Positions 1 through 10,088 of a stretch of DNA of 64,000 nucleotides are shown here, one piece after another. A model generated the notes under the pieces. It saw only the letters and a list, made by a program, of their open reading frames with translations, did no database searches and was not told the origin of the DNA. Both the position numbers and the translations under genes were made by a program. Each line of letters opens with the position of its first letter. Within the stretch, counting starts at the first letter, position 1. Origin of the DNA: an uncultured Oscillibacter sp. (GTDB taxonomy: Bacteria > Bacillota > Clostridia > Oscillospirales > Oscillospiraceae); the NCBI GenBank assembly GCA_945868085.1, contig CAMBKF010000005.1:5507-69506 (forward strand), given 5' to 3'.

Positions 1-528
1 GCCATGGCCCAGGCTATTTGGGAGGCAAAGGCCGCCGGCGACAGCCTGGGCGGCGTCATCGAGTGCCGGATCTTAGGCGTACCCGCCGGGGTAGGCGGCC
101 CGCTTTTTGACGGGCTGGAGTCCCGGCTCAGCGCCGCCGTGTTCGCCATCCCCGCCGTGAAAGGCATCGAGTTCGGCAGCGGCTTTGCCGCCGCCCGGCT
201 CCGGGGCAGCGAAAACAACGACCCTTTTGCCTTGGACGATAATGGTAAAATCGTTACGAAAACCAATCATTGCGGCGGCATTTTAGGAGGGATCTCCACC
301 GGACTGTGCATTGATTTCCGTGTGGCCATCAAGCCCACCCCCTCCATCGCCTTGCCCCAGCAAAGCGTGGACCTGGAAACAATGCAGCCGGTGACCCTGC
401 AAATTTCCGGCCGGCACGACCCGTGCATCGTGCCCCGGGCGGTGCCCTGCGTGGAGGCGGCGGCGGCCTTCGCCGTGTATGACGCCATGCTGGCTGACAG
501 AAAGGAGACGGAACATGGATCTGACTGA
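1..528 (+). CDS. aroC: Chorismate synthase, C-terminal part (runs off the window start)
   Basis: GDSLGGVIEC, IPAVKGIEFGSGF, NHCGGILGGIS, KPTPSI and GRHDPCIVPRA motifs. Confidence 0.95.
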   Translation, partial: AMAQAIWEAKAAGDSLGGVIECRILGVPAGVGGPLFDGLESRLSAAVFAIPAVKGIEFGSGFAAARLRGSENNDPFALDDNGKIVTKTNHCGGILGGISTGLCIDFRVAIKPTPSIALPQQSVDLETMQPVTLQISGRHDPCIVPRAVPCVEAAAAFAVYDAMLADRKETEHGSD

Positions 529-790
529 TCTGCGCCGGGAAATGGACGAGACCGACCGGGCGCTGCTGGCCCTTTTTGCCCGGCGGATGGCCCTGTCCGA
601 AGCCATTGCCCGGGTGAAGCAGGAGGCGCACCTGCCGGTTCTTGATCCCCGGCGGGAGGAGGAAAAGCTGCGCCAGGCGGCCAATTCCGTGCCCCCGGAA
701 TTAGCCGAAAACGCCCGGGACCTTTACCGCCTGCTCATGGCCCAGAGCCGCGCTTACCAGGAGAAAATTCTCTCCGGCGAGGTGGAGTGA
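515..790 (+). CDS. Chorismate mutase (type II, stand-alone)
   Basis: LTDLRREMDETD..LLALFARRM..IARVK..PVLDPRRE pattern; RBS AAAGGAG before ATG 515; inside the aro cluster. Confidence 0.88.
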   Translation: MDLTDLRREMDETDRALLALFARRMALSEAIARVKQEAHLPVLDPRREEEKLRQAANSVPPELAENARDLYRLLMAQSRAYQEKILSGEVE

Positions 791-2046
791 TGCGCTGCGG
801 ATTACTGGGGCAAACCCTTGCGCACAGCCATTCTCCGCTGCTGCACAGCCTGCTGGGGGACTATGCGTACACCCTGTTTGAAAAGGCCCCCGACCAGGTG
901 GAGGACTTCTTGAAAAACGGCCCCTGGGACGGGCTGAACGTGACCATTCCCTACAAAAAAACGGCCTATGCCCTCTGCGATTCTCTCTCGCCCATGGCCC
1001 GGGAAACCGGCAATGTGAACACCCTTCTGCGGCGGCGGGACGGCAGCATTTTCGGGGACAACACCGACGCCTTCGGCTTCCGGTATCTGCTGAAAAAAAC
1101 CGGGGTCCCCGTGGCCGGGAAGCAGGCCCTGGTGCTGGGCACCGGCGGAGCCAGCGGTACCGTATGCACCGTTTTGCGGCAGATGGGCGCCGCCGTCACC
1201 GTTCTCTCCCGCACGGAGAAAACCGGTGATTTGTATGGAAAAAATAATGGGATACTATATAGCACATACCGCCACATATCCCAGTATAAAGACGCACAAA
1301 TCATAGTAAACGCCACCCCGGTGGGCATGTATCCCCGCAACGGGGAGGCCGCCGTGGATCTGGAAATGTTTTCCAATCTCTGCCTCGTGGCGGATCTCAT
1401 CTACAACCCCGCCCGGACGGCCCTGCTGCTCCAGGCGGAAAGGTTGGGCATTCCCTGCGCCGGGGGGCTGAGCATGCTGGCGGCCCAGGCCGCCGCCTCC
1501 GCCGCTCTGTTTTTGGGTAAGGCTATGGATGCTTCCAAAATTTCCCAGGTAGAAAACGCCTTGCGCCGGCAGACGGAGAATCTGGTTCTCATCGGCATGC
1601 CCGGCAGCGGGAAGACCACCCTGGCCCGGCTGCTGGGGACGGCCACAGGCCGGCCGGTCTGGGACTGCGACGAGGAGATCGTCCGGCGGACGGGGCTCTC
1701 CGTGGAGGAGATCTTCGACCGCTGGGGCGAGGAAAAATTCCGGGCCCTGGAGACGGAGGTCCTGGGGGACCTGGGCAGCCGCTGGGGCGGCATCCTGGCC
1801 ACCGGCGGCGGCTGCGTGACAAGGCCGGAGAACCGGGACCTGCTGCGGCAGAACGGGAAGGTCATCTGGCTGCAGCGGGACATTGGGAGGCTCCAGGCCC
1901 CCGGTCGGCCTCTGCTGCGCCGGAACGACCTGGCGGAGCTATACCGGCAGAGGTGCTCTCAATATGAAAGCTTCAGCGATGGGGCTATTTTGAACAACGG
2001 CGCCCCGGAGGATGTCCTCCGGCGGCTGAAGGAGTGCATAGAATGA
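787..2046 (+). CDS. aroE: Fused shikimate dehydrogenase / shikimate kinase
   Basis: N-half HSHSP, GLNVTIPYK, VNT, GDNTD, NATPVGM, DLIYNP; C-half LIGMPGSGKTT, GEEKFRALE, ATGGG. Confidence 0.92.
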   Translation: MMRCGLLGQTLAHSHSPLLHSLLGDYAYTLFEKAPDQVEDFLKNGPWDGLNVTIPYKKTAYALCDSLSPMARETGNVNTLLRRRDGSIFGDNTDAFGFRYLLKKTGVPVAGKQALVLGTGGASGTVCTVLRQMGAAVTVLSRTEKTGDLYGKNNGILYSTYRHISQYKDAQIIVNATPVGMYPRNGEAAVDLEMFSNLCLVADLIYNPARTALLLQAERLGIPCAGGLSMLAAQAAASAALFLGKAMDASKISQVENALRRQTENLVLIGMPGSGKTTLARLLGTATGRPVWDCDEEIVRRTGLSVEEIFDRWGEEKFRALETEVLGDLGSRWGGILATGGGCVTRPENRDLLRQNGKVIWLQRDIGRLQAPGRPLLRRNDLAELYRQRCSQYESFSDGAILNNGAPEDVLRRLKECIE

Positions 2047-2477
2047 AAATTTTGGTGCTGAACGGCCCGAACATGAATCTGCTGGGTCTGCGGGAGCCGG
2101 AGATATATGGCCGGGAGACCTACGAGGATCTGGTGGCCCTGGCGGAGCAGACCTGCCGGGAGGCGGGGCTGGAATGCGTTTGCGTGCAGTCCAACCACGA
2201 AGGCGTGCTCATTGACGAAATTCAAAAGGCCCGGGTCGACTGCGGCGGCATCGTCATCAATCCCGCCGGATACTCCCACACCAGCATCGCCATAGCCGAT
2301 GCCCTGCGGGCGGTGGATCTCCCCGCCGTGGAGGTGCACATCTCCGACCCGGATAAGCGGGAGCCCTACCGCCATGTCTCCTATACCGGCATGGCCTGCC
2401 GCAGGATCATCAAGGGAAAAGGGCTGGCCGGCTACCGGGAGGCCATCCTTTATCTGAAGGAACTGGCGAAGAAGTAG
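2043..2477 (+). CDS. aroQ: Type II 3-dehydroquinate dehydratase
   Basis: LNGPNMNLLGLREPEIYG, QSNHEG, INPAGYSHTS, VEVHISD motifs. Confidence 0.95.
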   Translation: MKILVLNGPNMNLLGLREPEIYGRETYEDLVALAEQTCREAGLECVCVQSNHEGVLIDEIQKARVDCGGIVINPAGYSHTSIAIADALRAVDLPAVEVHISDPDKREPYRHVSYTGMACRRIIKGKGLAGYREAILYLKELAKK

Positions 2478-2559
2478 TTTTTTCTGTGGACGAACGGCCG
2501 CCGCAGTGGTATAATGCCTGTGCCGACAAGGCAAAGGGGAAAGGAGGGCGTGGAGCCCC

Positions 2560-3999
2560 ATGAATTATAAGATGGTTTTATTCACCATGGGACGGGTGGT
2601 GCTGCTGGAGGCGGCACTGCTGGTGCTGCCCATGGCGGTTTCCCTGCTGTATGGGGAAAAGTGCGCTCTGAGCTTCGCCCTGACCATTTTAGTGGCCCTG
2701 GCCGTGGGTTTCCTGCTGACGAAGCTGTGCCGGGGTGAGCACGGCAGCAGCTCCATCAAGGACGGGTTCATGATCGTGGCCCTGACCTGGATCATGCTCT
2801 CCGCCATTGGCGCGCTGCCGTTTGTATTCTCCCGGGAGATCCCGCTCTATGTGGACGCATTTTTTGAGACGGTCAGCGGCTTTACCACCACCGGCGCCAC
2901 CATTCTGCCCGATGTGGAGGCCCTGAGCCGGGGAATGCTCTTCTGGCGGAGCTTCACCCACTGGATCGGCGGCATGGGCATCCTGGTGTTCGTGGTGATG
3001 CTGCTGAAGACCCCGGACCGGTCCATCAACATCCTCAAGGCGGAGATGCCCGGCCCCACTGTGGACAAGCTGGCCCCCAAATCCAGGGACACAGCCAGGA
3101 TCCTATATCTGCTGTATATTGCGCTGACTGTGCTGGAGATCGTGTTCCTCCTCTGCGGCGGCATGAGCCTGTTTGACAGCGTGGTACACGCCCTGAGCAC
3201 CGCCGGCACCGGCGGCTTCGGCGCGTACAACGCCAGCGCCGCCAACTTCAGCCCCTACATCCAATGGGTGCTGACGGCGTTCATGTTCCTGTTCGGCGTG
3301 AACTTCAACCTCTACTATCTGCTTCTGCTCAAACGCGGGAGCGAGTTCCTGCGCAACACGGAATTCAAGGTGTATGTGGGCATCGTCCTGGTATCCGTGG
3401 CGGCCATTACCATCGACATCCTGCCCCTGTACCAGTCCTTCTCCGTTTCACTGCGGCAGGCGGCGTTCCAGGTGACCTCCATCATGAGCACCACGGGCTT
3501 TATCACCGCAGACTTTACCGTGTGGTCCCCCCTGAGCAAGATGGTGCTGCTGATGCTGATGTTTGTGGGCGGCTGCGCCGGCAGCACCGCCGGCGGTCTG
3601 AAGGTGTCCCGGCTGGCCATTTTGTGCAAGATGATCCGGCGGGAGCTGCGCCACACCCTGCGGCCCCGGATGGTGGACGTTATCAAGGTGGACGGGCACC
3701 AGCTCAGCGAGCAGACCGCACACAGTATCGTGGTGTATTTTGCCCTGTACATGCTGTGCATTGCGGGGCTGCTGGTGGCGCTGTCCTTCTCCCCCTTCGA
3801 CCTGGAGACGAACCTGTTCGCCTCCATCTCCTGCTTTAACAACGTGGGCCCCGGCTTCGGCATGGTGGGGCCGCTGGGAAACTACTCCCCGTACTCCCCG
3901 GTCATCAAGCTGTTTTTGTGCGCCGGGATGCTGCTGGGGCGGCTGGAGATCTATCCGATGCTGCTGCTGTTTGTGCCGGCGGCGTGGCGGAAGAAGTAA
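2560..3999 (+). CDS. trkH: TrkH-family potassium uptake membrane protein
   Basis: FETVSGFTTTGAT, WIGGMGI, STTGF, GGCAGSTAGGLK, NNVGPG, GRLE pore motifs; many TM segments. Confidence 0.93.
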   Translation: MNYKMVLFTMGRVVLLEAALLVLPMAVSLLYGEKCALSFALTILVALAVGFLLTKLCRGEHGSSSIKDGFMIVALTWIMLSAIGALPFVFSREIPLYVDAFFETVSGFTTTGATILPDVEALSRGMLFWRSFTHWIGGMGILVFVVMLLKTPDRSINILKAEMPGPTVDKLAPKSRDTARILYLLYIALTVLEIVFLLCGGMSLFDSVVHALSTAGTGGFGAYNASAANFSPYIQWVLTAFMFLFGVNFNLYYLLLLKRGSEFLRNTEFKVYVGIVLVSVAAITIDILPLYQSFSVSLRQAAFQVTSIMSTTGFITADFTVWSPLSKMVLLMLMFVGGCAGSTAGGLKVSRLAILCKMIRRELRHTLRPRMVDVIKVDGHQLSEQTAHSIVVYFALYMLCIAGLLVALSFSPFDLETNLFASISCFNNVGPGFGMVGPLGNYSPYSPVIKLFLCAGMLLGRLEIYPMLLLFVPAAWRKK

Positions 4000-4040
4000 G
4001 GGACGGCGGCTTTACAGCTGTTGCGATACAAGGGTATTAC

Positions 4041-4230
4041 GGATTGCTACACCAGTGACATTGCCTTTTACAAGAGAGGCTGTGCGGGCCTATGGCGGCG
4101 GGATGTGGGCACCCCGCCCTACGGGCAATTGGATAGACGACGCAGGGGCGGGCAGCGGTGTCCGCCCCTACGCATGGGTTGGTAAATCTGTGCGGATATG
4201 AAACGGGCGGGGTAGAACCCCGCCCCTACG
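4041..4230. repeat. REP-like palindrome cluster (three GTAG-tagged units plus a truncated GGATTGC-type unit)
   Basis: Units such as GGGCGGGGTAGAACCCCGCCCCTAC and GTGGGCACCCCGCCCTAC, recurring elsewhere in the window. Confidence 0.8.
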
Positions 4231-4333
4231 CATATTGGGGAGAGGCCGCGGCAGGCGGCGACCTCGACGGTGCGGCTTCAAAGTTTATTTACATTTTTTT
4301 AGGAGTATTTTAAGGAAAGACGGGCATACTGTA

Positions 4334-4446
4334 ACCACGGTAAGGGAAACAGCATACCTTGCCGGTCTCATCTTTTTCATTTCTCTTTCTCTTTTTCTTT
4401 TTTCAACGCAGGCAGGCGGGACAATGTCCCGCCTGCCTGCGTTTTT
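4334..4446 (+). ncRNA. Candidate small RNA upstream of spoIIID
   Basis: CATACT box at 4325-4330, 5' hairpin CGGTAAGG/CCTTGCCG, long pyrimidine tract, strong GC hairpin plus T-run ending at 4446. Confidence 0.45.
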
Positions 4447-4457
4447 GGGCTGTTTTT

Positions 4458-4486
4458 TCATATCGGTACACTGTTTGGCATAGGAT
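4458..4486 (+). promoter_or_regulatory. Putative sigma-E promoter of spoIIID
   Basis: TCATAT-N15-CATAGGAT; spoIIID is sigma-E-dependent in spore formers. Confidence 0.55.
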
Positions 4487-4519
4487 GAAATGTATCATTC
4501 AGTCTTGGGAGTGTTGCCG

Positions 4520-4768
4520 ATGAAAGGAAACATGGAACAGCGGGCCTGCGACGAGGCCGTTTACATCATAGAGAGCCGGGGGACCGTACGGGACGCCGCA
4601 CGGAAGTTCGGCATCAGCAAGTCCACGGTACATAAGGACATTTCCCAGCGGCTGCCCCTGTTCAACCGCTCCCTTTACCTGCAGGTAAAGGCGGTTCTGG
4701 AGGAAAACAAGGCCCAGCGGCACATCCGGGGCGGGCTAGCCACCAGGAGAAAATACAAGGGATGCTGA
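4520..4768 (+). CDS. spoIIID: Sporulation transcriptional regulator SpoIIID
   Basis: TVRDAARKFGISKSTVHKD..RL and NKAQRHIRGGLATRRKY signatures. Confidence 0.95.
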   Translation: MKGNMEQRACDEAVYIIESRGTVRDAARKFGISKSTVHKDISQRLPLFNRSLYLQVKAVLEENKAQRHIRGGLATRRKYKGC

Positions 4769-4770
4769 CA

Positions 4771-4817
4771 AAAAAACACATCCGCCGGGCCTATCGGGCC
4801 GGCGGATGTGCTTATAT
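4771..4817. terminator. Terminator hairpin between convergent spoIIID and DUF1846 genes
   Basis: CACATCCGCCGG / CCGGCGGATGTG stem with an A-run on the left. Confidence 0.7.
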
Positions 4818-6299
4818 TTACTTATGATACAGCTTCTTGACCTCGTATTTCGGCTCGCAGCTGACGTGGATGCCCAGGCGCTTATAGAGCTTCTCATCCT
4901 CCTCGGAGAGGATGACGGAGAAGTGCGCCTCGCTGCCCCGGAGATCGTCCAGCTTCTTCAGCACCCGCTCCGCCAGCGGATTGGTGACGGCGGAAATGGA
5001 CAGGGCGATAAGCACCTCGTCCGAGTGCAGGCGGGGATTATGGTGGCCCAGGTGCCGAAGCTTCATATCGCTGATGGGAGCGATGATGGAGGCGGGCAGC
5101 AGGTCCAGGTCCTTGTCAATGCCCGCCAGGAGCTTGACGGCATTGAGGAGCATGGCCGCGGAGGGGCCCAGGAGCGAGGTGGTCTTGCCGGTGACCATGC
5201 GGCCATCGGGCAGGAGCATAGCAGCGGAGGGCGTGCCCGTCTCGGCAGCCTTATCCAGGGCGGCCTTCACCGCCGGGCAGATATCCGGGGTGACTCCCGC
5301 CTGCTGCATGACGATCTCCAGCTTGCGGACCACGCTGTCATCGCACTTGCCCTTGACACGGTCCACCAGGCCCGTATAGTAGCGGCGGAGGATCTCCATG
5401 CGGCTGGCCGCCTGGCAGGCGGCATCGTCCACAATGGCGAAGCCCGCCATATTCACGCCCATATCCGTGGGGGATCTATAGGGGGATGTGCCCTGGATCT
5501 TCTCAAACATGGCGTTGAGCACGGGGAAGATCTCCACATCCCGGTTATAGTTCACGGTGGTCTTGCCGTAGGCCTCCAGATGGAAGGGGTCGATCATATT
5601 CACATCGTTGAGGTCGGCGGTGGCGGCCTCGTAGGCCAGGTTCACCGGGTGCTTCAGGGGCAGGTTCCAGATGGGGAAGGTCTCGTACTTGGCGTATCCT
5701 GCCCGGACGCCCCGCTTATTCTCATGATAGAGCTGGCTCAGGCAGGTGGCCATTTTGCCGCTGCCGGGGCCGGGCGCCGTGACCACCACGATGGAACGGC
5801 TGGTCTCAATATAGTCGTTCTTGCCCAGGCCGTCGTCGGAGACGATATGGGCCACGTCCGAGGGGTAGCCGGCGATGGGATAGTGCTTATAGCTCTTAAC
5901 GCCCAGGGCGGTCAGGCGCTTGATGAAGGCATCGGCGGCGGGCTGGCCGGCATACTGGGTGATGACCACGGAGCCTACATAAAAGCCCAGGCCCCGGAAC
6001 ACGTCCGTCAGGCGGAGGACATCGTCGTCATAGCTGATGCCCAGGTCGCCGCGCATCTTGCTCTTTTCAATGTCCCCGGCACAGATGGCGATGACGATCT
6101 CCACATCATCCTTCATGGTGGCCAGCATGCGGATCTTGCTGTCGGGCTGGAAGCCGGGCAGCACCCGGGAGGCATGGTAGTCGTCAAAAAGCTTGCCGCC
6201 GAACTCCAGATACAGCTTATCGCCGAACTGGCTGCGGCGCTCCTTGATATGCTCGGCCTGCAGGGCCAAATATTTGTCGTTGTCGAATCCGATCTTCAT
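4818..6299 (-). CDS. DUF1846 (UPF0371) family P-loop protein
   Basis: MKIGFDNDKYL..KLYLEFGGKLFDDYHASRVLPGF and VTAPGPGSGKMATCLSQLYHE. Confidence 0.88.
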   Translation of the reverse strand: MKIGFDNDKYLALQAEHIKERRSQFGDKLYLEFGGKLFDDYHASRVLPGFQPDSKIRMLATMKDDVEIVIAICAGDIEKSKMRGDLGISYDDDVLRLTDVFRGLGFYVGSVVITQYAGQPAADAFIKRLTALGVKSYKHYPIAGYPSDVAHIVSDDGLGKNDYIETSRSIVVVTAPGPGSGKMATCLSQLYHENKRGVRAGYAKYETFPIWNLPLKHPVNLAYEAATADLNDVNMIDPFHLEAYGKTTVNYNRDVEIFPVLNAMFEKIQGTSPYRSPTDMGVNMAGFAIVDDAACQAASRMEILRRYYTGLVDRVKGKCDDSVVRKLEIVMQQAGVTPDICPAVKAALDKAAETGTPSAAMLLPDGRMVTGKTTSLLGPSAAMLLNAVKLLAGIDKDLDLLPASIIAPISDMKLRHLGHHNPRLHSDEVLIALSISAVTNPLAERVLKKLDDLRGSEAHFSVILSEEDEKLYKRLGIHVSCEPKYEVKKLYHK

Positions 6300-6562
6300 G
6301 TGCAGTACCCCTTCTTTACGCGTCTCAATTTTCAAAATAACAGTGCAATTATACATCCCCGAGGGGCCGGAGGAAAGGGGTTTTCCCCTTTTCCGGGAGC
6401 CAAATTTCAGAGGTAAAATTTGTGGAAAATTTGGCGGCGGGGCGGCTTGTTTTTCTTGAATTTTTGGGGTATACTGAAAAATACACCCCTATTTTTCCGG
6501 CGAAAAATCACCGGTTTTTCCGCCGGGGCTTTTATGAAACCACTATTTTCCGGGAGGCTTTT

Positions 6563-6760
6563 ATGCGCTTTCATATTATGCACAAAAAGATCAACCAGAC
6601 CGCGGAGGAGTACCGGGTCTTTTTTGAGACAGACAGCATCGACGAGGCCAAGGACTTCGCCATGCGCCTGGCCTTTGACGAGACGAACAATGTCTATGTG
6701 CAGGACACGAAGCGGGACGAGATCGTGCGGGATTTCGACGCGCTGGTGTACCGGGTCTGA
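6563..6760 (+). CDS. Small hypothetical protein (65 aa)
   Basis: RBS GGAGG before ATG 6563, host-like codon use, terminator hairpin at about 6780-6810. Confidence 0.75.
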   Translation: MRFHIMHKKINQTAEEYRVFFETDSIDEAKDFAMRLAFDETNNVYVQDTKRDEIVRDFDALVYRV

Positions 6761-6833
6761 AAAGAAAAGTCAAAAGCAAGGGCATCGCGGCTTTGCCGCG
6801 ATGCCCGTTGTTTACATATTTTACAGGTAGCTT

Positions 6834-7244
6834 TTACAGGTAGCTGCGCATGTCCTCGGTGGCCATGGACTCGTCCAGGCTCAGGGTGACGGTGAACTTG
6901 ACGCAGTTCTCCTCGCTGAAGCGATCCAGCCAGTGGAGGAACTTCTCCGCCTCTGCCAGGTCGCTGCTGGCAGCGATCTTGGACAGGTTGTCCACGAACA
7001 CATGGGAAATATCGTAATTGCCGGCGTAGAGGCCGCTGATGAAGCCGCGCAGGCACTCAAAAGAATTCAAGCTATACTCCTTGGCATTGACCAGACGAAC
7101 GCTGGACTTAATGTCAAAGGTCATGTCCGCACCGGGCTCGATGCAGACCACGCTGCCGTTCTCAGACTCCACGGCGCTGTGGATCAGGTCGATGAGCTGC
7201 TTTGTCTTGCCGGCACCGTTTGCACCCATAATCAGTCTAACCAT
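6834..7244 (-). CDS. Small P-loop-like conserved clostridial protein
   Basis: LIMGANGAGKTKQL Walker A-like start, GFISGLYAGNYDI; RBS AAGGAG. Confidence 0.8.
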   Translation of the reverse strand: MVRLIMGANGAGKTKQLIDLIHSAVESENGSVVCIEPGADMTFDIKSSVRLVNAKEYSLNSFECLRGFISGLYAGNYDISHVFVDNLSKIAASSDLAEAEKFLHWLDRFSEENCVKFTVTLSLDESMATEDMRSYL

Positions 7245-7340
7245 AAGAAATCACTCCTTTGTCTTTTTGCGGTTAACTTGCATTTAATATACCATACTTA
7301 TTTCCAAATGGCAATGGAGAAAGCAAAATTCATCAATTCT

Positions 7341-8684
7341 TCACGATTGATTTTCCAGCTTCCCCCGCAGGGCGGCACCCAGGTCTTCATAGCCGGGTTT
7401 GCCCAGGAGGGCAAACATGTTCTTCTTATATGCCTCCACGCCGGGCTGGTCAAAGGGATTCACATCCAGCAGGTAGCCGGACAGGCCGCAGGCGTAGCAG
7501 AAGAAATAGATCAGCTCCCCCAGGGTGAAGGCATTGCGCTCGCCGCAGCACACGCGGATATTGGGAACGCCCCCCTCCACATGGGCCAGGAGCGTGCCGT
7601 CCATGGCCTGCTGCTTCAGGTCGCTCATGGTCTTGCCCGCCAGGAAGTTCAGCCCGTCGCCGTTTTCCGCGTCATAGGGCACCGTCAGCTCCCCGGGGCG
7701 GGGGGCAAAGCGCACCACGGTCTCAAACAGATTGCGGCGGCCCTCCTGGAGATACTGACCCATGGAGTGCAGGTCCGCGGTATACTCCACACTGGCCGGG
7801 AACAGGCCCTTGCCCTCCTTGCCCTCGGACTCGCCGTACAGTTGCTTCCACCACTCCGCCATGAAGCGGAAGAAGGGATCAAAGCAGGCCAGGACTTCGA
7901 TCTCCATGCCCCGGTGCTGCAGCTCATACCGGGCGCCGGCATACTGCCAGGCGGGATTCTGCGCCATATCCGCCTGGGCGCAGACATCCATCATGGACGC
8001 CGCGCCGGCCATGAGCTGCTCCACATCAATGCCCGCTACGGCAATGGGCAGCAGGCCCACCGCCGTGAGGACGCTGTAGCGCCCGCCTATGTCATCGGGC
8101 ACCACGAAGCTCTCATAGCCCTCGGCCGCGGCAAGGGATTTCAATGCGCCCTTCTGCCGGTCGGTGGTGGCGTAGATGCGCTTTGCGGCGGCCTCGTGGC
8201 CGTACTTCTTCTCCAGGAGCTGGCGGAAAAAGCGGAAGGCCACTGCCGGCTCCGTGGTGGTGCCGGACTTGGAGATAACGTTCACGGAGAAGTCTACTCC
8301 CTCCAGCAGTTCCTCCACCTCTGCCAGCTGGTCATTATCCAGGCCGTTGCCCACGAAGTAGATATTGGGCGTTGCCTTCTTTTTCAGGTTATAATTGGGG
8401 GAACAGAGGCACTCGATAACGCCCCGGGCCCCCAAGTAAGAGCCGCCGATGCCGATGACCACCAGGGCCTGGGAATCGGCCTGTATCTTCCGCGCCGCCG
8501 CCTGGATGCGTCCAAACTCCTCCCGGTCGTACTGCTCGGGCAGGCGCACCCAGCCGGTGAACTCGCCCCCGGCGCCGGTGCCGGCGCGCAGGTGGTCATG
8601 GGCCAGGCGCAGACGGGGCGTCAGCGCCGCCTCATAGGGCAGGGGAATAAACTGCCGCATATTGTGAAGATCCACAGAGATCAT
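7341..8684 (-). CDS. pgi: Glucose-6-phosphate isomerase
   Basis: IGIGGSYLG, ISKSGTTTEP, GGRYSV, QLYGESEGK, NPFDQPGVEAYK. Confidence 0.97.
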   Translation of the reverse strand: MISVDLHNMRQFIPLPYEAALTPRLRLAHDHLRAGTGAGGEFTGWVRLPEQYDREEFGRIQAAARKIQADSQALVVIGIGGSYLGARGVIECLCSPNYNLKKKATPNIYFVGNGLDNDQLAEVEELLEGVDFSVNVISKSGTTTEPAVAFRFFRQLLEKKYGHEAAAKRIYATTDRQKGALKSLAAAEGYESFVVPDDIGGRYSVLTAVGLLPIAVAGIDVEQLMAGAASMMDVCAQADMAQNPAWQYAGARYELQHRGMEIEVLACFDPFFRFMAEWWKQLYGESEGKEGKGLFPASVEYTADLHSMGQYLQEGRRNLFETVVRFAPRPGELTVPYDAENGDGLNFLAGKTMSDLKQQAMDGTLLAHVEGGVPNIRVCCGERNAFTLGELIYFFCYACGLSGYLLDVNPFDQPGVEAYKKNMFALLGKPGYEDLGAALRGKLENQS

Positions 8685-8764
8685 AGAAAATGCCTCCTCT
8701 TTTGTTCTTTCTCCCTATGTTACATCCAACCGGTGGAAAATACAAGAGAAAACCGCCTGATTTC

Positions 8765-9898
8765 TTATCCGAAAACCGCGGTGCGGAGCAGGCGGGTAAA
8801 CAGGTCCCCCCAGGTCATGCGCTCCACGGACTCCGCCGCCGTCAGAGGGAGCTCCGCCAGGGTGGTATCCCCGCTCTGCACCGTGAGGGTGCCCACGGTC
8901 TGCCCCTTTTCCACAGGGGCCAGCAGATCCTCCTGCAGGGTCACTGTCCGGGTGAGGCTGCCCGCCTGGCCCTTGCCCACCAGGAGCTTGCTTTGGGCGA
9001 GCGAGCCCTCCACGGTGGGGGCGCGGCCCAGCTTTACGGAGGCCACCGGCTTTTCCTCCGGGGTGACATCCGCCAGGGCGTAGGTGGAGAAGCCGTAGTT
9101 CAGCATGGTCTTGGCATCCTCGAAGCGCTGCTGACTGGTCTCGCCCCCCAGCACCACGGCGATGAGCTCCATGCCCTCCCGCTCCGCCGTGGCGGAGATG
9201 CAGTAGCCTGCGGCATCGGTGGAGCCGGTCTTCAGGCCCGTGGCCCCGTCATAAAAGCGGATAAGCTTATTGGTATTGGAGAGGCCAAACTCGCCGCCCC
9301 GGATGGTATCCATCCAGATAGTGGTGAAGCGGCGGATGTCCGGGTGGTGCAGGATCAGCTCACGGCTCATGAGGGCAATGTCCCAGGCGCTGGTCACATG
9401 GCCCTCCGCCGGCAGGCCCGTGGGATTTACAAAGTGGGTATCCCCCATGCCCAGCTCCATGGCCCGGTTATTCATCTGCTGGACGAACAGCTCCGTGACC
9501 CCGGCCACCTGCTCCGCCAGGGCCACGGCGGCATCGTTGCCGCTGGAGACGCAGACGGCCTTCAAAAGCTCCTCCACGCTGATCTGCTCCCCCTCGGACA
9601 GGTACACCTGGCTGCCGCCCATGGAGGCGGCATTGGCACTGACGGTGACCATATCCTCATATTTCAGCTCTCCCCGGTCGATGGCCTCCATGACCAGCAG
9701 GAGCGTCATGACCTTGGTGACGCTGGCAGGCTCCAGATTCTCATGCTCGTTTTCGGCGTAGAGCACCTGGCCGGTCTCCTTTTCCATGAGCAGCGCGGCC
9801 TTGGCCTCCACCGGCAGCTCCACGGCATAGACCGGCAGCGGCAGACACAGCGCCAGCGCCGAAAGCACCATCAGCAGCGCGAAAATCCTCTTTTTCAT
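8765..9898 (-). CDS. D-alanyl-D-alanine carboxypeptidase (peptidase S11, DacF-like)
   Basis: Signal peptide, PASVTK (SxxK), SGN, LKTG motifs. Confidence 0.92.
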   Translation of the reverse strand: MKKRIFALLMVLSALALCLPLPVYAVELPVEAKAALLMEKETGQVLYAENEHENLEPASVTKVMTLLLVMEAIDRGELKYEDMVTVSANAASMGGSQVYLSEGEQISVEELLKAVCVSSGNDAAVALAEQVAGVTELFVQQMNNRAMELGMGDTHFVNPTGLPAEGHVTSAWDIALMSRELILHHPDIRRFTTIWMDTIRGGEFGLSNTNKLIRFYDGATGLKTGSTDAAGYCISATAEREGMELIAVVLGGETSQQRFEDAKTMLNYGFSTYALADVTPEEKPVASVKLGRAPTVEGSLAQSKLLVGKGQAGSLTRTVTLQEDLLAPVEKGQTVGTLTVQSGDTTLAELPLTAAESVERMTWGDLFTRLLRTAVFG

Positions 9899-10014
9899 GA
9901 CTCGCCCTCCCCACAAATTGCTGGGCTATCCTATGCGCCCGAAAGAAAAATCATGCCGGACGGCATTTTTCGGTTGCATTGGACGAAATTCTCTGCTATA
10001 ATAGCTATCGCGAT

Positions 10015-10088
10015 GCAGGGTTAGTACATCGGTAGTACATCGGCTTCCCAAGCCGAGGAGGCGGGTTCGATTCCCGTACCCTGCTCCA
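10015..10088 (+). tRNA. tRNA-Gly (CCC)
   Basis: Acceptor GCAGGGT/ACCCTGC, anticodon arm TCGGC-TTCCCAA-GCCGA, GGTTCGATTCC T-arm, encoded CCA; TGCTATAAT promoter upstream. Confidence 0.97.

Noticed and set aside
787-2046. AroE-AroK fusion as a novelty
   Set aside because: Such fusions are common in clostridial aro clusters.
10015-10088. tRNA-Gly as an island attachment site
   Set aside because: I saw no duplicate of its 3' end, no integrase nearby, and flanking genes have host-like composition.
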